64,000 nucleotides of DNA, from NCBI GenBank assembly GCA_037129835.1, contig JBAXUE010000003.1, positions 18,793 to 82,792 on the forward strand, given 5' to 3'. The first letter of the stretch is position 1. Each line of letters starts with the position of its first letter. The notes beneath the pieces are model-generated. The model did not search any database. It was not told the DNA's origin and saw only the letters and a program-made list of their open reading frames with translations. The stretch is from a bacterium (GTDB lineage: Bacteria > Patescibacteriota > CPR2 > UBA1875 > CAIMLA01). The translations under genes were made by a program, and so were the position numbers. Positions 46,015-53,438 of the stretch are shown piece after piece.

Positions 46015-46104
46015 TGGCGGAGAGGGTGGGATTTGAACCCACGGTGACCTTGCGACCACAACGGTGTTCGAGACCGTCCTATTCAACCGCTCTAGCACCT
46101 CTCC
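46015..46104 (-). tRNA. tRNA-Ser (anticodon CGA), type II with long variable arm
   Basis: Reverse complement GGAGAGGTGCTAGAGCGGTTGAATAGG-ACGGT-CTCGAAC-ACCGT-TGTGGTCGCAAGGTCACCG-TGGGTTCAAATCCCA-CCTCTCC-G-CCA folds as a cloverleaf; anticodon loop CUCGAAC; encoded CCA. Confidence 0.8.
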
Positions 46105-46110
46105 ATATAT

Positions 46111-46674
46111 TTAATTAACGATATATAGGTACACCTCATTTATTTTTTTTGCAGGAACCAACTCGGTAATTTCAAATGCATTAGAAACAATGCGCGTTCC
46201 GGGTTTCAGCTGTTTGTATATGGTCTGATGAAACCTGTTCATTGTGTGCGGGAAAAGATAGCAAAAAACGACATCTGCGTCAGATATATTTTTTTTAAAA
46301 AAGTTGCCCCACAATAATTCTCCCCGAGAAATACCAATCATTCTTCTAAGATAGTAATACAAAACAAGTGGAATTGAAATTTCAAAACCCGTAGCCTTTG
46401 CCCCTAGCATAGTAGCAGCATCGACTATCTTGCCATCTCCAGCACCAAGGTCATACACTCTTTCGCCCTTTTTAATATTACTAATTTCCAGCATTGTTTT
46501 GACCCTAGATTTGTTTGAAGGTACGAACGGTGCCCAATAAAATGTATAAAAGCTAGAGATAAAAAAGAGCATTCCAAATGCGGGTATTATTAATGGCCAA
46601 TATACGTTGAAGGTTTGTGCCAAATAGATACCTATCGCCATTAGTATTAGTTCAAATATTATTTCGGGAACCAT
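46111..46674 (-). CDS. Membrane-anchored class I SAM-dependent methyltransferase-like protein
   Basis: Two N-terminal TM helices then motif I VYDLGAGDGKIVDAA; 187 aa. Confidence 0.4.
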   Translation of the reverse strand: MVPEIIFELILMAIGIYLAQTFNVYWPLIIPAFGMLFFISSFYTFYWAPFVPSNKSRVKTMLEISNIKKGERVYDLGAGDGKIVDAATMLGAKATGFEISIPLVLYYYLRRMIGISRGELLWGNFFKKNISDADVVFCYLFPHTMNRFHQTIYKQLKPGTRIVSNAFEITELVPAKKINEVYLYIVN

Positions 46675-46697
46675 TTTTTCTCCTAGATATGATCTAT

Positions 46698-46774
46698 TGG
46701 TGCGCCTGGGAGGATTCGAACCTCCGACCTTACGGACCGCAACCGTACGCTCTAATCCCCTGAGCTACAGGCGC
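46698..46774 (-). tRNA. tRNA-Arg (anticodon read as GCG)
   Basis: Reverse complement GCGCCTG-TA-GCTC-AGGGGATTA-GAGC-G-TACGG-TTGCGGT-CCGTA-AGGTC-GGAGG-TTCGAAT-CCTCC-CAGGCGC-A-CCA; G37 fits a CGN-decoding tRNA; anticodon read by eye, +/-1 nt. Confidence 0.6.
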
Positions 46775-46872
46775 TTATTATTGACGAGTAAATATCTCAC
46801 AGATTATACTGCACCGCAGTCGATAATTCAATCTTAAAACCGCCCATAAGGGCGGCTTTAAGTGGTTTGGGT

Positions 46873-47454
46873 TTAGTATTTTTCTGATAAAATTTGGTAA
46901 AAAGCTTGTGGATGATCACAAACAGGGCAAATTTTTGGTGGTTCCGTACCTTCATGTACGTAGCCGCATTCACGACAAGTCCACCAAGTTTTTTCACCTC
47001 TTTTGAAGGCAATATCTTGTTCCAGGACGTTTAAAAGCTGGGTGTATCTGTGAAAATGATGATCCTCTGCTTCACCAATATCCGTTAGGCGTGCAGCAAT
47101 CTTGTCTAGCCCCTCTTCTTTGGCGGTTTTTGCAAAGTCAGGGTACATAGTGGACTTTTCGAAATCTTCACCGGCTATAGCTGCTTTTAAGTTTTCCTTA
47201 GTTGTATCCCAAACATTAGGTACTTCTGCATCAATCTTGATTGCTGGATAACTAACGTCGTTTTTTTTGAGTTCTTGGATGTGTTTCATTAGCATCTTGG
47301 CATGCGTTTTTTCTTGGTTGGCAGTTTCTTCAAATACGCCGGCAATTTGTTCGTAACCCTCATCTCTTGCCACCTTTGCGTAGATAGTATATCTATTTCT
47401 TGCTTGGCTTTCACCGGCAAAAGCTTTCGCTAGGTTTTCAATTGTCTTTTCCAT
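46873..47454 (-). CDS. rbr: Rubrerythrin (di-iron ferritin-like domain + C-terminal rubredoxin-like Cys4)
   Basis: EKTHAKMLMKH / EDHHFHRY di-iron ligand motifs, C-terminal CRECGYVHEG...CPVCDHP. Confidence 0.8.
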   Translation of the reverse strand: MEKTIENLAKAFAGESQARNRYTIYAKVARDEGYEQIAGVFEETANQEKTHAKMLMKHIQELKKNDVSYPAIKIDAEVPNVWDTTKENLKAAIAGEDFEKSTMYPDFAKTAKEEGLDKIAARLTDIGEAEDHHFHRYTQLLNVLEQDIAFKRGEKTWWTCRECGYVHEGTEPPKICPVCDHPQAFYQILSEKY

Positions 47455-47553
47455 TTCTTCTCCTTTGCTAAGTTTATTTTACTATATTATAGCATTCTAT
47501 GAAGCCCCCGTAATAGTATTTGTATCTATACGGCGGTAGTTTATAATACAAAT

Positions 47554-47724
47554 ATGGATAATAAAGAAAAAGCAGAGAAAATAGAAGAACTGTATCAGAG
47601 GTCTTTAGATGAATTAACCATACTTAACAAAAAGCAAATGCAGATTATAAGGGATTTTCATAAAAAACTTGAAGAAATAAAGATAAAAGAAATCCAAAAT
47701 AAACTGGGGAAAAACGATGAGTAG
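47554..47724 (+). CDS. Small 56-aa coiled-coil ORF translationally coupled (GATGAGTAG overlap) to the HD-domain gene; possibly leaderless
   Basis: MDNKEKAEKIEELYQRSLDELTILNKKQMQIIRDFHKKLEEIKIKEIQNKLGKNDE; TTGTAT-N16-TATAAT with the -10 ending 6 nt before the ATG; not in the ORF track (<60 aa). Confidence 0.25.
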   Translation: MDNKEKAEKIEELYQRSLDELTILNKKQMQIIRDFHKKLEEIKIKEIQNKLGKNDE

Positions 47725-50056
47725 TTCTTCAGAAACCTTGGCTCCGCCACAGCCAGAGACTCAAAAAACGCCTGATAGCTTGGCAGAGCAAGGTGAGATG
47801 CCTATTACCGACGAACAACTAAAGGCTATTGTCGAAGGGGACTCCGAAAGTTTAACAAGGGGCGCTAGTGCTGTAAAAAAGCTTTCCGAAGGTGTTTTAA
47901 GAGCAGGTTCTGATTATGGCACGACAACCGAAGAAGCAGTCAGAGTGGCAACGGAAACGGGCGCAACAGAAGAACTTGCCACCAATGACGCATTAGCCGA
48001 ACAAGTTGTAGAGGACTTTGGACGAGGTTCCGCGGCCATTGTAGCGGAAGGAACTGCAGCTCCGGTAGTGGATATCGCGGAGTCGCCAGACTCACCAGCC
48101 TCTTCCCCGATATGGGTTGTTACTAGCGGCGAAGTTAACCCTATGGATATAGCTCGCCAAGCGAGTGAGGTAGTGCCCGAAGCTCAATCCGAAGCTATTG
48201 CGCAAGACACAACCGAAGCCGGTACTGAAATACGGGGAACCGTGGAAAAAGAACAAAGTCTTTCCGTGACAGAGAGAGCGGGAGAGATGCTCCGTGCCTA
48301 CTCGGAAGTACGTGGGAAAATAATACTAGAGCAAAAACTGGCACGTGAATCAGAAAAATTACAGAGACCTTTGACACCCGTAGAAACTGACGAAATAACC
48401 AAAGAGGTTTCTGCAAGAATTAGAAAAACAACAGAATATTTTGAATCAGTTGATAAAGAAAGAAGCCCAGAGACTCCGCTTGCGAGGGTTGCATCCATCT
48501 ACGAGGGGCTTGGAGATGTCGATAAAGATGCCTTGGAGGCACACATGAAGCTAGTAATAGAGTTAGCCTTTAATCAACAAATCGACAACCCAGAGCAGTA
48601 TTGTTCTCATGGTTTTGACCACACTTTAAGCGTTGCTGAATACACCAAACAGGTAGCCGAAAATAATTCAGAAATAATCAGTAAAGTACAAGCTCAATAC
48701 GGTATTACTGAGGCGGAAGCGATGTTTCTTCTAGAAACTGTTGCGCTTTTTCACGATTTTGGTTATCCGACAATTGGCCAAAGAAGTAAGGCTGCCCATG
48801 GTATTACTGGAGCAGAAATAATTTCTCAAGACCAATCACTCGCGCCGTTATTGGGGTCAGGAGATAGGGTGGGCCTGGTCGGTGTTGATCCTGATAAAAG
48901 GGATGCCCTTGCCCATGATTTGAGGGATGCAGTACTTTTGCATTCGGCTGATAAGGTAGAAAGTCATTTCTCGGTCAAGGTTGTATCTAGAAAGGGCACA
49001 TTTTTAACAAGTGCAGGTAATGTAGATGAGGTTGTCTCCACTTTTACATCCCCAGACACCGAAACGGGGGCTCCGTCAGAAGAATCAACCGAGATTTATG
49101 TAGCTAGAGGTAGTGATATGGACGTATTGGATGGCATCAGAATCGCTCGTGAACAGTCAGAGGACCCAGGTAAACCAATTGAAGTCATAGTGGTTGATAA
49201 TGGGCTTGAAGTGGGTAAATGGCGTTATGGTGATTCGGAGGGCGAGCCAAGCCTAATAACTGTACATGTCACTGACGAAGGATTTGAAGGTAGGTCAGCT
49301 GACTTGCACGAGAATAAGGACAAAATGATCGGTCTTGAATATTCAGAAGTAGATATTGAGGATGAGCCACTCCAAGGTGTTATTCGTGTAGCTGATAATA
49401 TGGACATGAGAAGAGTGCGTCTATCTGAGACTCAGTTAGACCCAGCCTTTCAAGAAATATATGAAGCATTTGGTGATATGGGGGACCATTCTATGGCCCT
49501 CGCCAGTTTTGAAAAACTAGAAGATGACTGGCAAAAATTATCTGATGAACAAAGCGGAAAAAAGGATGAAATTAAGACCCGGGTCCAAGAAACCTTATTA
49601 AAATTGGAGTTCTCTGAAGAACAAATTATCGCGGTATTAACGGCGGAAGATTTCCCTAGATCTGCTACTGAAATGCTAAAAGAGCAAATTATCCAAAGTA
49701 TCCTTAGCCAAGATAGGTATAGCGGTTATGAACAACCCCAACGAGATGCTATCGAAGAGATATCCATGTCTCAAAATTCAGAAGCGATGCGTCACTTTGA
49801 TGGCTGTATGGCTATTGAGGGGGTAGAGTTATCCGGATCGATGCTGACTGTTACTGTCGACAGAAAAGCGTTTGAACGCTTAAACAAATTTGGTGCTGAT
49901 GAAAAAGCAGCGGGTATAATACCCATAGGGGCATACCAGATATGGAGAGCCATACAGGCCTACGGTAGTCTCACGGTGGGGAAACAGCTTATTAACGTCA
50001 GGGTTGTGGATCAAGAGGGGGAAGAGATTGAATTACCGTTTACGACCAAGGCCTAA
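47717..50056 (+). CDS. Large (779 aa) highly acidic protein with central HD-type phosphohydrolase domain
   Basis: HGFDHTLSVAEYTKQ...LLETVALFHDFGYPTIGQRSKAAHGITGAEI (H...HD...H); long Glu/Asp-rich N- and C-terminal regions; no TM. Confidence 0.45.
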   Translation: MSSSSETLAPPQPETQKTPDSLAEQGEMPITDEQLKAIVEGDSESLTRGASAVKKLSEGVLRAGSDYGTTTEEAVRVATETGATEELATNDALAEQVVEDFGRGSAAIVAEGTAAPVVDIAESPDSPASSPIWVVTSGEVNPMDIARQASEVVPEAQSEAIAQDTTEAGTEIRGTVEKEQSLSVTERAGEMLRAYSEVRGKIILEQKLARESEKLQRPLTPVETDEITKEVSARIRKTTEYFESVDKERSPETPLARVASIYEGLGDVDKDALEAHMKLVIELAFNQQIDNPEQYCSHGFDHTLSVAEYTKQVAENNSEIISKVQAQYGITEAEAMFLLETVALFHDFGYPTIGQRSKAAHGITGAEIISQDQSLAPLLGSGDRVGLVGVDPDKRDALAHDLRDAVLLHSADKVESHFSVKVVSRKGTFLTSAGNVDEVVSTFTSPDTETGAPSEESTEIYVARGSDMDVLDGIRIAREQSEDPGKPIEVIVVDNGLEVGKWRYGDSEGEPSLITVHVTDEGFEGRSADLHENKDKMIGLEYSEVDIEDEPLQGVIRVADNMDMRRVRLSETQLDPAFQEIYEAFGDMGDHSMALASFEKLEDDWQKLSDEQSGKKDEIKTRVQETLLKLEFSEEQIIAVLTAEDFPRSATEMLKEQIIQSILSQDRYSGYEQPQRDAIEEISMSQNSEAMRHFDGCMAIEGVELSGSMLTVTVDRKAFERLNKFGADEKAAGIIPIGAYQIWRAIQAYGSLTVGKQLINVRVVDQEGEEIELPFTTKA

Positions 50057-50086
50057 TTTAATAAATATTATTAGAAAGGAAAAACT

Positions 50087-50857
50087 ATGAGAATGCCAGA
50101 AAATTCTAATGGTAATATAGAGCGTCTTAAAGAAGAAGCATTAAATAAATGGAATTTATCATATTCAGGAATACTTGAGGCGCGAATACAAGAATTTGTT
50201 AAACAAGAAAACAAGATGGTTAAGGTTGTGGATAAATTGCAACCGACCGAAACATTTATTGTCGGTGATGAAAAGGCAACATTGAATCACCGGTTACTTG
50301 GGGGTGGTGTTGGAGACATCGGGGGCACTATCGAAAATAGCATAGAAGCAGATCATTATCGTAAGTATGCTTGGTGGCGCAATGCTTTTGACCAGGGAGG
50401 ATTGGAATACAAAATGTCTGAGCTTTCCGTTATCTCTTTGGCGAAAGAGGCTGGGGTAGAAGATTCAGATATATTTCGAGCATCAACTGTTTTATCAAAA
50501 TATCGTTTTGAATTAGGCGAAAAAACCACCCATGAAATGAGCGAGTGGGTAATGGAGGAAATATTTAAGATATTAGCACCAAAACTTCTACCAGACTACA
50601 GACCCATGATAGCTGATTCTGCTCTCAGAATCATACCACTTACAAAGGAAGCACAAGAGGCTAGGACCGAAGATAATTCCGCATGGGAGAGATCCTTGCA
50701 AACAATTCGTGAAGCATCTGTTCAGTTGGATCAAATTTTTCGAGATGAGTCGCTACGTTCCCGTCAAGCAATAGGGAGTGAAGAACCCACCCTTACTAGT
50801 CAATTAATACAACAGAATACAGACATACAACCCGAGAACGCCAACCCTGACTGGTAG
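50087..50857 (+). CDS. Hypothetical soluble protein (256 aa), co-oriented with the HD-domain gene
   Basis: AAAGGAAAAA before the ATG; no recognisable motifs. Confidence 0.4.
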   Translation: MRMPENSNGNIERLKEEALNKWNLSYSGILEARIQEFVKQENKMVKVVDKLQPTETFIVGDEKATLNHRLLGGGVGDIGGTIENSIEADHYRKYAWWRNAFDQGGLEYKMSELSVISLAKEAGVEDSDIFRASTVLSKYRFELGEKTTHEMSEWVMEEIFKILAPKLLPDYRPMIADSALRIIPLTKEAQEARTEDNSAWERSLQTIREASVQLDQIFRDESLRSRQAIGSEEPTLTSQLIQQNTDIQPENANPDW

Positions 50858-50904
50858 GCCCCTTGTCGTACTTTGTATATAAGTAGTTTTATGACTCAAA
50901 TGAT

Positions 50905-51672
50905 TTATCTGAGAGTTCCGCTAAATACTTGCCATGCGAGAAGGGCCTTAGCGACTAAAGAAAAAGTTATATAAGCATATTCGCCATATATATAATCTTT
51001 CCATTTTCCGACCTTTTTGTACTGAAGAATCATATTAATCGAGAAAACATTGAAGGCGATAAATAGACTCCAGAAAATGGCGTAAACAAAGTCTGGCACT
51101 GCGCTTCCTCCTGCTGCTAAAGCATTGTAAAAATATAGTCCCATTACTACCCAGGGCATTGAGCCGGCAAAACAACCGAATAAGTACGCAGTCCAGTCCA
51201 CCTTCTTTGTTGTTTGGTTTTGAATCTCCATCATCCAACCGAATAAAATCATGCATGCGTTTAATGAAAAGATCAAAATAAGTGTCGATAAATCATAAAT
51301 ACCACAGAGGATAGCAATAACAACTACCATCATTGAAGAAGTGATAGAATATTCAGCCCATCTAAAAAGATTCATTCCTTTTTGAATTTGTTCTTCGTAC
51401 TTTTTACGCCAAACGAAAGCCGAGCCAAGCAAAAATAGCCCAGACAATAGCAAGAACGAAGCTACTATCGGTCCTAGCTGCCACTGAGCAAAGGCAACTC
51501 CATAAGCTGGGGTTGGCATACCGGGAATATTTCCTTGCTTACCTAAGTAACTAGTAGTGATCTGCGCGAAGGCATCTTTATTTGATATTGTCCACATCAC
51601 AACACCTTGCGCGAAAAGTATAATACCGACAATAGCATTATATATTCTGAGATTTTTTAGTCTTTTTTCCAT
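50905..51672 (-). CDS. Heliorhodopsin (7-TM retinal protein, inverted topology)
   Basis: NLFRWAEYSITSSMMVVVIAILCGI, ACMILFGWMME, FGCFAGSMPWVVMGLYF and C-terminal ...KWKDYIYGEYAYITFSLVAKALLAWQVFSGTL match the conserved heliorhodopsin blocks (counterion Glu in RWxEYS, Schiff-base Lys in SLVAK); 255 aa, 7 helices. Confidence 0.75.
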   Translation of the reverse strand: MEKRLKNLRIYNAIVGIILFAQGVVMWTISNKDAFAQITTSYLGKQGNIPGMPTPAYGVAFAQWQLGPIVASFLLLSGLFLLGSAFVWRKKYEEQIQKGMNLFRWAEYSITSSMMVVVIAILCGIYDLSTLILIFSLNACMILFGWMMEIQNQTTKKVDWTAYLFGCFAGSMPWVVMGLYFYNALAAGGSAVPDFVYAIFWSLFIAFNVFSINMILQYKKVGKWKDYIYGEYAYITFSLVAKALLAWQVFSGTLR

Positions 51673-51916
51673 ATTTACCCCTTTCTATGAAGATGGTACA
51701 CCTTATTATCTAAATAAAAAAGGCCACTACTTGGTCATTAATTTTAGCGATCTTTATCTTCAATATATTTTTAACATTTTTTCCCGTTAAACTCAGCTTT
51801 TGGCTCTGTTCAGAGCAATGTGTCCATTCGACTATGCTCAGGGAATTCTGGCTTGTAATCTTTTGCCCTTCGACTCGCTTACTCGCTCAGGGCATAAATC
51901 TCCTTTATGAGATTTA

Positions 51917-52006
51917 TGGCGGAAGGGGTGGGATTCGAACCCACGATACCATTGCTGGTATGACGGTTTTCAAGACCGTTCGATTCAACCGCTCTCGCAC
52001 CCTTCC
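51917..52006 (-). tRNA. tRNA-Ser (anticodon TGA), type II
   Basis: Reverse complement GGAAGGGTGCGAGAGCGGTTGAATCGA-ACGGT-CTTGAAA-ACCGT-CATACCAGCAATGGTATC-GTGGGTTCGAATCCCAC-CCCTTCC-G-CCA; anticodon loop CUUGAAA. Confidence 0.8.
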
Positions 52007-52233
52007 GTGCGGCAGGATAACCTGCTCTAAACCTCTTAATATACGATGCCGGGCACCTCCTTTGATGGACCCCTATAACACTCCGAAACCGGACCATCTG
52101 GTCCCATTCCTCTGCCATAACAATTGTATCCAAAAAAATAAAAATAAATAATGACCCCGGCTGTTACGGCTGCAATTACAGCTAGCAAAGATAAGCACAT
52201 TTTCCTTGAAATCATTGAGTTGCTTCCTTATAT

Positions 52234-52326
52234 TGGCGGAGAGGGAGGGATTCGAACCCTCGCGCCAGGTTACCCCGACCTACAGGTTTAGCAAACCCGC
52301 CCCTTCAGCCTCTTGGGTACCTCTCC
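52234..52326 (-). tRNA. tRNA-Ser (anticodon GCT), type II
   Basis: Reverse complement GGAGAGGTACCCAAGAGGCTGAAGGGG-CGGGT-TTGCTAA-ACCTG-TAGGTCGGGGTAACCTGGCGC-GAGGGTTCGAATCCCTC-CCTCTCC-G-CCA; anticodon GCU, A37. Confidence 0.8.
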
Positions 52327-52401
52327 GCATTAGCTCAAGCTATTTAGCTCATATTGCCGTCAAATTATACTTGATTTAGGCTTATTAAACAAGTAAAACT
52401 T

Positions 52402-53337
52402 GTGAAAATCTGTATAGCAGGCTATATTTCTTATATGACTTTAGATAAAGAAATACAAAATAAGAAGACAAAATATATTATTTTGGCATTTTCAGTGTTG
52501 ATTTTAGGAACCATACTAATCGTTGGATTAAAGTTATTAACAGTACAATTAGCAAAAGAATACCTACGCAAAGCAGAAAACACTACTACTAATACTGATA
52601 GACTAAAGTACTCGGAGACCTCGGCAGCGCTAAACGAAACCGAGGCGGCAATAGTTTTGGCAGGGGAATCGGCCTATGCCTTAAAAGACTATCAGCTAGC
52701 AATTCAGTATTATACAAGGCTTAATAACAATGTCGGTAAATTAGGCTCTGCAGAAGCATATTATCAGCTAGGTAGGTACGATAGCGCGAAAGAATTATTT
52801 CATGATTATAGTATTACGGACCTGACGGACTCGGAATATGAGCTATTAATTAAAACAGATCTAAGTCGAGGTGATATTAATTCAGTAAGAAAAGAGTTGG
52901 CGGGTTTCAAAACCGATGATCCATCTCGGGGTTTCTTAAATAATACTTATTGTCGAATAGACTACAGAGAAAATCCGGAGTGTTCTGCGATATACGTCTT
53001 AGACAAAATTAATCTAACAGAAACTGATAAGACTTACCTGTTGTCTACGGCATATAATTACTTTAATACGCAGAGTTTTCCACAAACAGCGTTAGCCTTA
53101 CTTAGAGAGGGGCGTGAAAAAGACCTTATTACGCGAGATGGCCTAAATTCGCTTGCAAATACGGATGAAACAAATGGAAATTTGAATTTAGCCTACAAAG
53201 AATTGGTTGAATCTCTAGCAAAAGATCAATATTATCCACAAACTTATCAACAGCTTATTTCTGTCGCAGAAAAACTCGGAGATAAGACTGCGGTATCAGA
53301 ATACCAAACTATACTAACAGGACTATATATTACGTAG
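52402..53337 (+). CDS. Hypothetical N-terminally anchored protein with TPR-like helical repeats (GTG start)
   Basis: 311 aa; TM ILAFSVLILGTILIVGL; AEAYYQLGRYDSAKELF-type repeats. Confidence 0.35.
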   Translation: MKICIAGYISYMTLDKEIQNKKTKYIILAFSVLILGTILIVGLKLLTVQLAKEYLRKAENTTTNTDRLKYSETSAALNETEAAIVLAGESAYALKDYQLAIQYYTRLNNNVGKLGSAEAYYQLGRYDSAKELFHDYSITDLTDSEYELLIKTDLSRGDINSVRKELAGFKTDDPSRGFLNNTYCRIDYRENPECSAIYVLDKINLTETDKTYLLSTAYNYFNTQSFPQTALALLREGREKDLITRDGLNSLANTDETNGNLNLAYKELVESLAKDQYYPQTYQQLISVAEKLGDKTAVSEYQTILTGLYIT

Positions 53338-53359
53338 TGCTAACTGTAGATGTTTCTTC

Positions 53360-53385
53360 GCCAATGTTTCACGTGAAACATTGGC
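53360..53385. promoter_or_regulatory. Perfect 26-bp palindrome gccaatgtttcac|gtgaaacattggc between convergent genes (hairpin or protein-binding site)
   Basis: Perfect inverted repeat with CACGTG core; not followed by a T-tract on either strand; core GTTTCACGTGAAAC recurs at 53775..53796 inside valS. Confidence 0.4.
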
Positions 53386-53438
53386 TACGACCTGACGGCC
53401 TGAAACATATTTAGTAAACAGAGGCATTCGGTCTTATA

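Noticed and set aside
46797-47012. 71-aa ORF on the minus strand
   Set aside because: It overlaps the 3' end of rubrerythrin (46873..47454) in another frame; rubrerythrin has clear motifs and this ORF has none.
51834-52151. ORFs 51834..52151 (+) and 51879..52133 (-)
   Set aside because: They overlap tRNA-Ser(UGA) at 51917..52006 and its flanks; they are spurious.
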